Assembly (NCBI GenBank): GCA_009103225.1
Contig: RHPI01000772.1
Coordinates: forward strand, 1-64,000
Direction: 5' to 3'
Source of the DNA: Chlorokybus atmophyticus
Taxonomy: Eukaryota > Plantae > Mesostigma and Chlorokybus algae
Length of the DNA stretch: 64,000 nucleotides
Shown here in pieces: positions 1 to 10,900 of the stretch (the first letter of the stretch is position 1; each line of letters starts with the position of its first letter). The position numbers and the translations under genes are program-made. The notes beneath the pieces were generated by a model. The model did not search any database. It was not told the DNA's origin and was given only the letters and a program-made list of their open reading frames with translations.

Positions 1-43
1 TCGCGTGAAAAATCGACCAAAGGCAGCAGTGATTGTTCAACCA

Positions 44-470
44 TACTATGGGTGAATAACCACTCATATATAGGACTATGTGTGAAGGCAGATATGCTGT
101 ATTATTCAATCACAAATCATATGAAAAATCACTTGCTAGTATGGTACATGTGCTGTTGAAACAGCATTAGTATGTGTGAACATTAAGCCAATATGCGTGT
201 GAATAATTACCTATAAGGAGGACATAGTGTGAGAGCAGGCGCTGTAAATATTCATGCACACAAAGTATGAATAATCACTTGGTGCCATGGTACAAGTCTA
301 GGACCATGTATACCTAAGAAGACTGAATATGCAGTTCTGTCGCGAGTGAATAACTACTCACATGTAGGAGGTTGTGTGCGAGATGGACAACTACAATATT
401 CATGACCAAAACGTGTGAATATCCATTGCTTGTATTCAGGGCATTTGGCCTGAATAATCAGCAATCGTAA
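44..470. repeat. Degenerate ~147-bp tandem repeat (about 3 units) rich in TGAATA/TATTCA
   Basis: Motif recurs at 53/200/347, 103/249/397 and 268/416 (spacing 146-148); flanking text of the units aligns by eye. 13 exact TGAATA/TATTCA copies in 1-640. Confidence 0.6.
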
Positions 471-1242
471 CAGCGACCTCTGCAGCCACGCAAGTGGCGA
501 GTTCACACATAAAACAGATGAGTATTCAGGGCAAATGCGCTGAATTTTCAGAAATTCGGGGGGTCCAGAATTACCGGTGTCTCGCCCGTGTCCTAGTCCT
601 CATCATCTTAAATAAGTGTGGGATAAGATGCATTGAATAAGTAATTGTGTGTGGGATAAACGGTCAGGCGCTGAGGAACGGGCATGCCGAGCACAGCCAA
701 CAGTTTATCCACGGTGGCAATGTCTGTCGGCAGCTCATCCGCGACAGGGCTGTGCGACATTGTGTCGCCTATGAGGCTGGCAATATCACTCCGTCACTGC
801 TCCTGTTGAAAAGGAACCTTAAAGGCCAGCTTAACAACAGAATTTATGTGGCCAAAGATGAGCTTCATGACCTCATTGACAAGAGCAACCTGGAGATCAA
901 ATCTTGCAGGGCTGTCACAATTTTTGGGTAGATATCTAGCCGCTTCGTCTCAGCAGACTTTTATGGTGATTAGCTGGGCTCGGGAGGTTGACTAGGGGGA
1001 ATAGATGGGCCCACCTGCTTGCGGCAACTGCCAGGTCAAATGCACGGTGCGCTTTTGTAACGGCTTCGTCCACCATTCATGCTGACAGACCTTGGTAGCC
1101 ATCAAGCGATGAACATCAATTCATGTCACGACGCTATCAGCAAACACGCGCGTGCATGGCTGTGTCGAAGACTAGACTGAACAGTGTCTATGAGACAATA
1201 AGATTTTGAACTTTAAGTTGCAGCAATTGATGTGCATAATTC

Positions 1243-1350
1243 GTAGACACTAGACAGTGCATATGAGACTTTAGATCGCAGCAATGCATTGCATGATTTG
1301 TAGACACTGGACAGTGCCTATGAGACTGTAGATCGCAGCAATGGATTGCA
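1243..1350. repeat. 57-bp tandem repeat, 2 copies plus a diverged upstream partial copy
   Basis: GTAGACACT(A/G)GACAGTGC(A/C)TATGAGACT(T/G)TAGATCGCAGCAATG starts at 1243 and 1300. Confidence 0.75.
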
Positions 1351-1691
1351 GATCGTACGGCTTGCCATGCCGCGGCATCCACCGGCAGCGCAGTTGCAGA
1401 TAGTTTAATGCTGCTGCTGCTGCTGGCTCTCCACATGATCATATGGCTTGTTGGCAATGGAAACACCTCCAGCTTTAGCAGCCGGTAACAGAGGGGAATG
1501 AAAAGTAGATGGCTGGCCAGCGATTGCACGGGGTGAGCAGCAGGCTGAGTTGGTAAAGCTGGCCTGCAGGGAGTCATATTAAGCGCTTAACAACTGCTGT
1601 CAAGAAGTCTGTGCTAGCTGTGTTAGATGTCGCAAACAACCAAACTTGAGAGCTAGCTAGTGGGGGCAAGAATGTTACTAAAGTAAGGGGT

Positions 1692-2177
1692 CTACCTGCC
1701 CATCCACCTCGATGGGGATGCATTGTTACTAGCAAGGCCGCTATCAGCCAAAAATCGGGACACCTCAGCTTCTCTGCGGGCAAGAGCTTGCTGTTTTTGC
1801 CTGAACTCCAAGTCCTTATGGCGTAGAAGACTTTGCGTTGCGTTAACAACCAACGTGGAACGCTGCTTCTGCTTGCGCAAAAGTGCAAAGTTGACTGCTT
1901 GTAGCTTAAGTCCAACAGACTAATGGAGTCTTTCAGAAGTATCAGCTGCTTTCCGGTCATCCATGTTGGGTGCATGCGTAGTACCCACGAAACCAGCTGT
2001 TCCAAAGGTTATCGCCACCGCCGCCGCCGAGATTGCAACGCTAGCCCAAAACCCTAGCAAATACACAGGGAACCATGCATGCCCAGTGCCTGCTACGCGT
2101 CTAGCATTGGCGCATGTGCCCTTGTAAGCAAGAGACCAGGTGAGATGTGTCGTCTTGCCCAGGCAAAAGATTTTCAA
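1692..2177 (-). pseudogene. Possible relic coding sequence (hydrophobic helix plus coiled-coil-like stretch), unidentified
   Basis: ORFs 1920..2177 and 1692..1880 share a frame and are separated by one TAG. Hydrophobic WFPVYLLGFWASVAISAAAVAITFG is followed by a K/R/Q/E-rich segment. No family recognised. Confidence 0.25.
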
Positions 2178-2616
2178 TAATCTGGTTCAGGTTGTTGCCA
2201 ATGTACCGCTCCAACCCTGGTCCGTAATGTTCATGAGCAAGTGCTTGACAGTTGTCGGGTGCTGATCAGGGACCATGCATGGTCTACGAGGGCCGCTTAT
2301 GACCATACCAGTGCAGCATGGTCTCGGTTGTAAGAACCATGATTGGTCCATACAATACATGCGTTCTGTACCAATGTTGTACCGGTCTACAAGCCGCGGG
2401 GGACGCGACCAGCCCTGGTCCAATGCTTCGAACCATACCTACGGGCTCCAGGGGCGCGACTGGTATGCTGAGCCGTATCAGACATGGTTTGCGCGCCGTC
2501 TCTGACTGGTCCGCGCGTAAAAAGCCCTGTACGAGAGGGAATGTGGAGTGAAGTCTGCTAGTGGTGTAGAAGAGTTGGCTCGCCTTCATTCTCTGAATGG
2601 TCTTGCTTGTCGGGGC

Positions 2617-2847
2617 TGTTGGGTCGAGGGGAGTCGAGGGTCACGCTGTCTCGGACAGCCATGCTGTGCTGGACATGCTGCTGCGCCACCTGTGTAACGC
2701 GTAGCAAAAAAAGAAAGATGACCTCCATCCTCATGGTGACAAGTGCTTCGTGCAGCTGGTGTGCTGCTGCTGGGTAGTACGGGCAGGTGGAGTCGGTGTT
2801 TTCCCTAAGAACATGCTGTGCCGTAGCATACAAAGTCAACAAGCCAC
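2617..2847 (-). repeat. Terminal repeat block B2 (copy of 3440-3682)
   Basis: Matches 3440-3682 except 4 substitutions and a 12-bp indel; similarity stops at the B1/A2 junction, with only the GC dinucleotide shared beyond it. Confidence 0.9.
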
Positions 2848-3437
2848 TACTATAGATAGTGCTGTTTACACAGTTCTTTGCGTGAGTGGGAGAGAAATTA
2901 CACTGTTAAGTGAGGTGAATGAGCAAGCAACACGTGGATGCTATGCCCTGACTGATGCCAACAAGCACACCGCGACCAAGTACACAAAGCTCACAGCGAG
3001 GACAAGCACAGTGCACAAGAACATGCACAGGCTCTCACACGGTGAGGGGATTCTTGGGAACCAGGACGGTGTGTTCGCAGTTCAAGTCGCTTCACAAGCT
3101 CTTAGCTTTCTCACTTACAGTGTCACCAGCTGATCCGGTGAACACTGTGCCTACTTATACAAGTCAACTCATGACTGTTCAGAACATAAGCTAACGGTCA
3201 TATCGAGGCTATTTCAACAGGAAATGCCCACTCGATATAGAACCGGACTTATAACTGAACTCACAACTGAACAGCTACGCGCGGTGCCTATGCAGGCTAT
3301 GGTCACGAGCTACTCTAGGGACATGACCTAGCTACTGGTCAGAGGCGCGCGCGGGTTGCCATGCTGGTAAGCCGGGCGAGGGTCTCGCTGTAGGCATGCT
3401 TGATGACGACTGGCGTGCTTGGGCGATAGGCATGACA
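2833..3437 (-). repeat. LTR-like block A2 (605 bp)
   Basis: Matches 14758-15362 with 5 substitutions, all transitions; starts TGTCATG on the minus strand. Confidence 0.95.
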
Positions 3438-3439
3438 GC

Positions 3440-3682
3440 TGTCGGGTCGAGGGGAGTCGAGGGTCACGCTGTCTCGGACAGCTGCATGGACAGCCATGCT
3501 GTGCTGGACATGCTGCTGCGCCACCTGTGTAACGCGTAGCAAAAACAGAAAGATGACCTCGATCCTCATGGTGACAAGTGCTTCGTGCAGCTGGTGTGCT
3601 GCTGCTGAGTAGTACGGGCAGGTGGAGTCGGTGTTTTCCCTAAGAACATGCTGTGCCGTAGCATACAAAGTCAACAAGCCAC
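3440..3682 (-). repeat. Repeat block B1 between the polypurine tract and block A2
   Basis: Begins with the 15-bp GTGGCTTGTTGACTT (minus) that also ends block A; ends CCCGACA; joined to A2 by the palindrome GACAGCTGTC. Confidence 0.9.
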
Positions 3683-3689
3683 CCCCCCT
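3682..3689 (-). promoter_or_regulatory. Putative polypurine tract AGGGGGGG
   Basis: Purine run just downstream of the pol stop (3727) and directly before the TG of block B1; short. Confidence 0.55.
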
Positions 3690-3726
3690 GGGCTCTGGGG
3701 AAGGTTCCAGCTCCAGAGCTCAGCTG

Positions 3727-6700
3727 CTAGCGCAAGTGAGGAGGGCCGTTGGTACGGCAGTCGTCGCACCAATATTCTTCCATAGGTATCGTGTCCAAAG
3801 GTGGCTCCAGGCAGTAGCAATGCAGGCCTTTGTTGCAGCCATCGCAGAGCATTATGAGTGCGTCATCGCCGGCGCTGCCGCAGTGTTCACAGCGTGTGCT
3901 GCGCGCAGGACGAGGGTGCTGGATACGCCCGAAGCCGGCTACGTAAGGAAGGTGACATGGCGCACAGTTCACCATGTTGTCCTTCAACCTTTCTCCGTTT
4001 TTACCAGGGAGGTCCAGCACCCCTGTGGGGTACACTTTAAGTACCTTGTAAACGGTGCAGCCTACGGAGGTGTCAAGCGTGTCTTTGGTGGCTGCCATGC
4101 GATAGGCAAAGTCCCCCGCTTGGAATCGCCGTTGGCGCTCCTTGTAAAAGCCGCTGCGTACGCGCTCGTAGCGCAGCGTGTCGCGATGCTGCGCGATGCG
4201 CAGGTTGTTGAAGGCCATGGGGACGGTGCGCTCAAAAAGTGCGGCGCGCGTGGTGATGTCGTGGTGCATCCAGTCAGGGTCGTCGAGGTTGTTCACGACG
4301 CGATCCACCTCCTGTTGCGCACGGAAGGGGAGCAATGGTGGTCGCCCAAACAGCAGGTAGTACGGGCTGTACTCCCGCAGAGCCGCCTGCTTTGACAACC
4401 GATATCCAAGGGCCACCCATGGGAGGTGGTCATCCCAAGTGTCCTTCTCGTACTCCAGCACGTATTTGCGGAGTGCCTTCTTGATGGTCTGTACCGTACG
4501 CTCGGCGAGGCCGTCGGCTTGAGGGTGATCACGCGAGGTACGGCGGTGGTCGATGTAACATTTGTCCAAGAGGGTGTCGAATTCCCCTCTGAACTCAGCA
4601 CCTTGGTCGGTGATGACCTCGGCGCAGCTGCCAAAGCGGCTGAGAACGTGAGAGAGGAAGGCTTGAGACACCCCCCTGCTGCTCTTGTCGGGTAATGGCA
4701 CCAGCTCCACCCATTTGGAGAAGTGCTCAATCATGACCAGGATGTAACGGTTGCCACGTGCTGAGGGTGCCAAGTCCCCCAAGATGTCGAGTCCCCATCG
4801 GTAAAAGAGACCGGAGATGGGGAGTGGGTGCAAGGTGGCGCTACGCGTGTTGAGGCTGGCGCGCACCATGTCACACTGCTGGCAGTGGCTGACGAACCTT
4901 TGCACCTGTTTTGTTAATCCATACCACCAATATTGTGCCCTCACTAGGCTGACTGTGCGCTTGACACCAAAGTGTCCAAGCTCAGTGTGGAGGGAAGTGA
5001 TGATGTCCTCGCGCGTGACTGGTGTCGGCACTTCCTTGTCTTCGTCGTGGAAGCGGCGATACAGCTTGTCACCTGCCCATCGATAGTGACGGGTGCGTTG
5101 GTTGACCCGGTCCTTCTCTCGAGCGCTCATGCCAGAGGGGAGATGGCCACGTTGAAGAAAGGAGAGTGATGGCTTGTCGTGCCATATGTCCTGCCTTGTG
5201 TCAGTGGACGCCAGCTCTGTGTCATCGACGTCAATGTCGGCTGCGTGGGCGTCTCCCAAGGATGTGATTGCCGCAGGGTCGGTAGACTCAAGGGCAGGAA
5301 TCTCCTCTACCATTGCTGAGGCCGTGGTGTTGGTCTTGCGCCCTGAGCGCAACGCGGCAGCAGCAAACATGGCTGCCATGGTGGGAGTTGTTGCTGCAGG
5401 GATGAGCTCATGCCGCGCTCCAGTTGCGTCGTTGGTGCTGAGGTGGGGGTTGCGACTGAGGCCATCGGCGTCTTGGTTGGTGAGGCCAGCGCGGTGGTCA
5501 ATCTCGAAGTCGTATTCCTGTAACAGCAGGGCCCATCGAGCAAGTTTCCCTGTCAGATGTTGGTTGGTCATCAGCCACTTGAGGGGCTGATGATCGGTGA
5601 TCAGTTGGAACTGTCGACCAAAGAGGAAAGGTCGGAAGAAGGAGATGGCCCACACTGCAGCGAGGCATTCCCCTTCGTAGCTGCTGTAGTTGGCCTCGGC
5701 GCTGTTGTTGTTTCGGCTGGCGTATGCCACCACCCGCTCCTTCTTGTTCTCATCGTGCTGCACCAGCACCGCTCCCATCCCCAGCTTGCTCCAGTCGATG
5801 CGAAGGATGAAAGGCTTGGCGTAGTCCGGACGTTGAAGGATGGGAGCGCTGGTGAGTCTGCTCTTCAGCTCCTCGAAGGCCTGCTGTTGCGGCTCCTTCC
5901 ATGCAAACTCCACCTCCTTCTTCAGTAGCTCGTTGAGGGGCCTTGCGATCTTCGTGAAGTCCTTCACGAATCGGCGATAATAGTTGGCAAGTCCCAAGAA
6001 AGCGCGCAGGCGTGTGAGGTCTGTCGGGACAGGGATAGCTGCCAGAGCCCCTACTTTTGCCTGCTGCACATACACACCATGGGGCACAATCATGTGCCCT
6101 AAGTACGGCACCTTGTGGGTGAAGAAGGTACACTTGTCGGGGTGTACGGTCATCCCCACTCCCTCGAGTCGTTCCAGCACCGCTTCGATGTGCTGAAGAT
6201 GCTCCTCGTTGCTGCGGCTGAAGATGAGGATGTCATCGATGTAGCACCGCACGCAGTCCAACCCCTTCAAGGCTTTGTCCATGACGCGTTGAAACTTGGC
6301 GGGGGCATTCTTCAGCCCGAACGGCATTACCTTCCATTGGTACAACTATCGGTTGCCCCAGAAGGAGGTCTTGTGCTTGTCCTCGTCCTTGATGGCGATC
6401 TGGTTGTACCCTTGACGCATGTCCAGGATGCTGAAGACTGTGCAGTCTCCCACATCATCAAAAATACCCTCTGCTGTGGGCATGGGGTACCGGTCTTGCT
6501 TGGTCTTGTTGTTGAGGGGACGATTGTCGCCGCACATGCGTCGCTTCATCCAGTTGCCTGCTGAATCCTTCTTTAGGGGCATGACGGTTGCTGCTGCGAA
6601 GTCCGATGTGGACTCTTCGATAAGGCCTGCATCCAGCAGCGCCTTACATCTCTGTTCCACCAAGTCTTCTTCCAACTTGGAGAGCCTGTATTGTCGTCGG

Positions 6701-7098
6701 AACACCGGCTCAGTGTCCACCAGCTCAATGTCCATCTGGTACACCAAACATGTACCAAATTCCTTCACATTGAAACTGAATTGGCTCCTCCATTTGTTGA
6801 GGAGAGCCTCCAGCTTCTCTCGAGTGTCTTCCGTGGCCAACGGGCCAATGGCATGGTCCAAGGAGGTTGCATTAGCAACCACCGGAATGTTCTCCACTGT
6901 CACTGCCGCTTGCTCCTCCATGTGGACCACCTCGAGAGCTGTGTGAGCTGCCTTGGTGTCGGCTACGCGATCAGCCCACCCCCCAGCCGAGTGTTCCTGA
7001 GATCCTCGAAGGACACGTGGCGGTCCTGCAACGCGAAGCTCAGCTCCAGCAGCCATACCATGCTGTTCTGGTTCATGGCGCGACCAAGCAGCTGGCAT
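3727..7098 (-). pseudogene. pol: pol: reverse transcriptase - RNase H - integrase (HHCC, DDE) - C-terminal PHD finger; one in-frame TAG at 6346-6348
   Basis: RT motifs LDMRQGYNQI, MPFGLKNAP, YIDD; RNase H DWS/YEGE/TDH; integrase H-x4-H...C-x2-C, GLDILG, TDQGAEF, GLAER; PHD C4HC3 CEHC...CDGC...HCYC...WCDDC at 3757-3891. Confidence 0.95.
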
Positions 7099-8456
7099 TG
7101 CTGACCGTCCGTCAGCGATGAACCTGTGATGCTGTTGGGGAAGAAGCCCATGGCGCGTTCACGTTCGCGTGCGTTGGGTTCTTCCAGCGTGTTGGTGGTC
7201 GCATCAAATACCATCCCGTCACCACCGTTCCGAAACGCGTAGGAGCCCGGGTAGGACACTAATGTGGGGAGTGCGCGACGGAGCTGACCGGGCTGATTGC
7301 ACTGGTAGAAGTGGTTGTGGTCATGACGCAGGACAGGTTGTGCTGTGCGGCCGGGGTCAAGGATGTCGTCGACCAGCAGGTTGCGCGGCCGAGCGCTGCG
7401 CGTGTATTCGGCGGTCATGAGCTCCTCCACGGTGGCCAAGTTTGTCCATTTGGCACGTACACGATGTGCGCGCGAGCCATGTCGTGCCGCGTTCACCTTG
7501 GGTGGGTGCCCCAAGATGGAGCAAACTTCTCGGTAGCTGGAGGCCACGTGCGGACGCTTGTCGTCCTCTGAATGCACATTTTCGATGACGTACTGTTGAC
7601 ATACACACGTGCAAGTGACACGCCAACAACATCAACACAAGAGCATGACTGCTACTGCCGCCATAGCATCTGCACACATGCTACATCGTGACCTCTTATC
7701 TTCATTGCAACAAGTCTGGGCTTTATACCCCGCCAGTCTCTACACACGTCCACATTGGCAAGCACCGCGTGCGCTATACTCAGCCGATTGCTGTTCTGTA
7801 AGCTACGCTGTCTAGCTCACAACCAGAGCTTTCCAACAAGCTAAGCCACGCCTGCTAAGCTTACGTATCCACAAAGCTACGCGGTTTCTCCCAACGCTCT
7901 ACTCAGCATCTGGTCCGGAGTCCGTCCTGGCTCGACCATCTTGCTAAGTCCGGAGTCCACGTGCTCAGCCCATACCTTCGACCCTCGACTCCTGTATGAA
8001 GGGCAAGCTGACCGGATACAAGCATCACCCATGTAATACCTTCAACACGTACCCCAGGGGTTTGGAGATCTGGTGGTGTTGAAGGAGGTGGATGATCCTC
8101 ATCAGCTCCCAGAATAACTTGGAGCGAGGGTTTTCGAGGCCTTGTCCCTTGCCTGCCCTGGAGCGCCCTTGGCATTCCCATCCAGCTATTAAAAGCTCGA
8201 CGTTGCCGAGGGATAGTAGGTAATCTTCAGTGATCAGCCGGACTTCCTGTGGCAATGCTTTGAGGCTGCCTTGCAACGCCGAGAGGGGTAGTTGACGCGG
8301 ATACCTGGTGTGCAGTTGGCGTAAGTGGTGCTTGAGGACCGTTTGCGCGTGTGGGTCTGGGTCGCAGTAATAGTATTTGGTAACTTTCACGCCCGTGTTG
8401 AGGACCGCAGCAAGACCACTGTCAATGCCTCCAAACAGCTCCAACACTGTGATGCC
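7048..8456 (-). pseudogene. DNMT3-like C5 cytosine methyltransferase domain inside the polyprotein, interrupted by a solo LTR
   Basis: Motif I LELFGGIDSGL, IV AGWECQ, VI YVIENV (restored in frame on removing 7594-8047 and one TSD), VIII AHRVRAKWTNL, IX ERERAMGF, X LLGRAMNQ. Motifs VIII-X resemble DNMT3 (AHRARYFWGNL, ERVFGFP, LLGRSW). Confidence 0.9.
7594..8047. mobile_element. Solo LTR (454 bp) of an unrelated LTR retrotransposon
   Basis: TGTTGA...TCAACA termini; 5-bp TSD CGTAC at 7589-7593 and 8048-8052; TATA-like TATAAAG on the minus strand near 7725. Confidence 0.92.
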
Positions 8457-8830
8457 CTGTTGCCTGCGAAAGGTGTGGAACTCCACCACTCCGGTGGCCA
8501 CCATATGGTGGTCCTGCACCTTGACGTGGCTTCGGTAGTTGGGGAAGCGCGTGGTGATCAGTGGGTGGCTGAAAAAGATGTGTGCGTCCACTTGTGCGCG
8601 CCAGCGCCGTTCAGCTGGGTCTTGTAATGCTACTTCCACGGTGGCATCCTCCTGCTCCTCGTTGTACGGGATGGGAGAGGGGTCGCCGGTTTGACACGGG
8701 GCCGTGGCACCAGCAGCGACTTGCGTCCGAGCACCGTCGTATATGGCCATTACAGCCTTCCGGGTGCGGGCGTGTCTGCGTGTGGCCATGGCAGCCATTT
8801 TGCGTTGGGCGCGCGTGCGCGAGACCAACT

Positions 8831-10900
8831 CGAGAGGCAGGAAACCCTGTACCTCTCCGTGATCCTCATTCCAATGTGGCCGAAACCACGCTCGCTCTGT
8901 TCAGCAGTCGAGGCCCATGCCCACAGGGAAGTTGAAGTCCTGCCCAAGCTGAAAATCGAAGGAGCCGGCATTGGTGACCACGCATTGCTGGACGATCTCG
9001 GTCGTGTGGGTTGGGTCCAGCCCTGTCAACCGAATGCAAAAGGCCTTTCTGGTGACTCCCATCACCTTATCTCGGCTACCTGTGGCAGTGTCCAACACGT
9101 ACGGGCAGGGCACCAAGTCGGAACTGGTTCTGCCTAGGGACCGCGCGAAGAAGCGCCCGATGATGACAGGCTGTGCTCTGGTGTCCAACATTACCCGCTT
9201 GGGTGCCAGACCGTTGATGGTAACGTGCTTGCCTTGGTTGGCCACCATGGCAGCGTTGGCGTCGATACGCAGCCTCTTCATACGAGGTGTCTGTACCTCT
9301 GACTCAGTTGTCTCAGCTGGAGATGCTGAGCACATGGCAGCCAGAGCTCCTCTGCCTGCTGGGTCCGGAGAACCCCCTCCTTGCCCTCTCCCTCTGCCGA
9401 ACCGACCTTGTCGAGGTGGTTGGTAGACACGGGGGGGCCTCGGTGCTGGAGGTTCCGGCGCTGGTTGTGGTGGCGGCGCAGGTGGATGACGCCTCTGCGA
9501 AGCTGGAATCATGCCCGCGGGCATACCCAATAGCTGTGGCGGAAACCCCGGCGGACCCGGTGTTTGTGGGCCTGCCTCGCGTTCAGCTTGCTCCGCGGCG
9601 TACGTCCATCGCACAGCATGAGCCGCTTCTCTGACCAATGTCCCTTCCCACGTGGCCGTGGGCTCAGTGTCCGTGTCGGTCCAATGATGATATTAAGGCA
9701 TGGGCTGCAGGTATACGGCGCGTAGTAGCTGTCGCCGCATGTCGTGAGTAATGGTGGGGACTCGTAAGATCCCTGCCATGTAGGCATCCCACCTTCCTTG
9801 AACCACTCCCACATCGAGCACGGTCATGGCACGAGCGCGTAGGGTGCGCTGGAGGTCAGTCTGCTGTGCGTGTAGCTCATGAGCAATGGCGATGCGCCGC
9901 CGTTGCCGTGCGGCTTCCACCCCTGGCAGCCGCAGCATTGCCTCTTGCACTCCCTCCAGCGTGTCCGGGGCTGTGGTGGCAGCCTCGTCGTATGCTTGTC
10001 GCAGCGAACGAACGAATGCCCCCAACCATGATGCTCGGTTGCCAAAGGCAAACAGGGGGACAGCAGGGTGATTGGCAACGAGCCATGTCACGAGACGAGC
10101 TCGAGCGGCGCTGCCCTCTTGCATCCCCATCATCTGTCTTAATGTGTTGCCCTCAGGCCTGTGCAACATGACTGCTTGCCGGATGAGTGCGGTACGAAGT
10201 TGTTGCGCGAAGTTGTTGCTCCCCACCATACCAGCTCCTCCTCGTTGTGTGGTGTCCCCTTGCGGGGTGAGGTACCCTCGCCCTGCATCGCGTTGATCCT
10301 CAGGCATGTCTTCGACCAAAGGAGGCAGCAGCGGGGCGATTACCCCCCTCAATTGTTGCGCCAACGCCCTCGCTTGGTCTGCAACAGTTGCGTGTCCCGG
10401 CTGCGCGATGGCGATCGCCGTGGAGTGCGCTGTGATCGGCGCCGTGGAGGCGCTGGCAACATGTGTTGGCGCTACGGTCGGTACGATAACGGCGTGTGCT
10501 GCTTCGTACGCCTGTCGGCGCGCGTCCACTTGGGCAGCTTGGTCCATGCGATACCGATGGGCCTGTTCGAGTGCAGAGAAACGCTCTTGACGACTGCCTG
10601 GAGTGAGCCCCCGGAGAGCGGGATCAGCGCCCAGCGTGATGTCAGACATCGTGACCACGAGGTCTTGCAATTTGTGTCGCTGGAGGCCGAGTGGGTCTAG
10701 TGGCGAAGGCTCGAAGTCGATCTGTTGAGCGGGCATGGGCTGTCGTGATTGACTGGGTGCGCCCTGCAACCGTTCGTGTAATGCCAGGAATAACTGGATG
10801 GCCAGTTCCAACACCGCAGGTCGGCGATAGGTGACCCCGAACAGACGATCCCTCATCTCTGGTGCAGTGCCGGCGAGGATTTCATCCTCTAGCTGCTGTT
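8831..10900 (-). pseudogene. Polyprotein segment: unknown helical domain, Pro-rich linker, aspartic protease
   Basis: ORFs 9693..10856, 8901..9638 and 8025..8828 are one frame broken by TAA (9693) and TGA (8901). Protease-like VMLDTRAQPVII (DTG changed to DTR). Confidence 0.75.

Noticed and set aside
1290-1360. Minus-strand peptide SIAAIYSLIGTVQ resembling the IS66 transposase C-terminal motif
   Set aside because: Lies inside a 57-bp tandem repeat with stops and no other IS66 motif; probably chance.
3622-7571. Long plus-strand ORFs over pol (e.g. 3622..4395, 5557..5928, 6115..6564)
   Set aside because: Antisense shadows of a codon-biased coding strand; no domain features.
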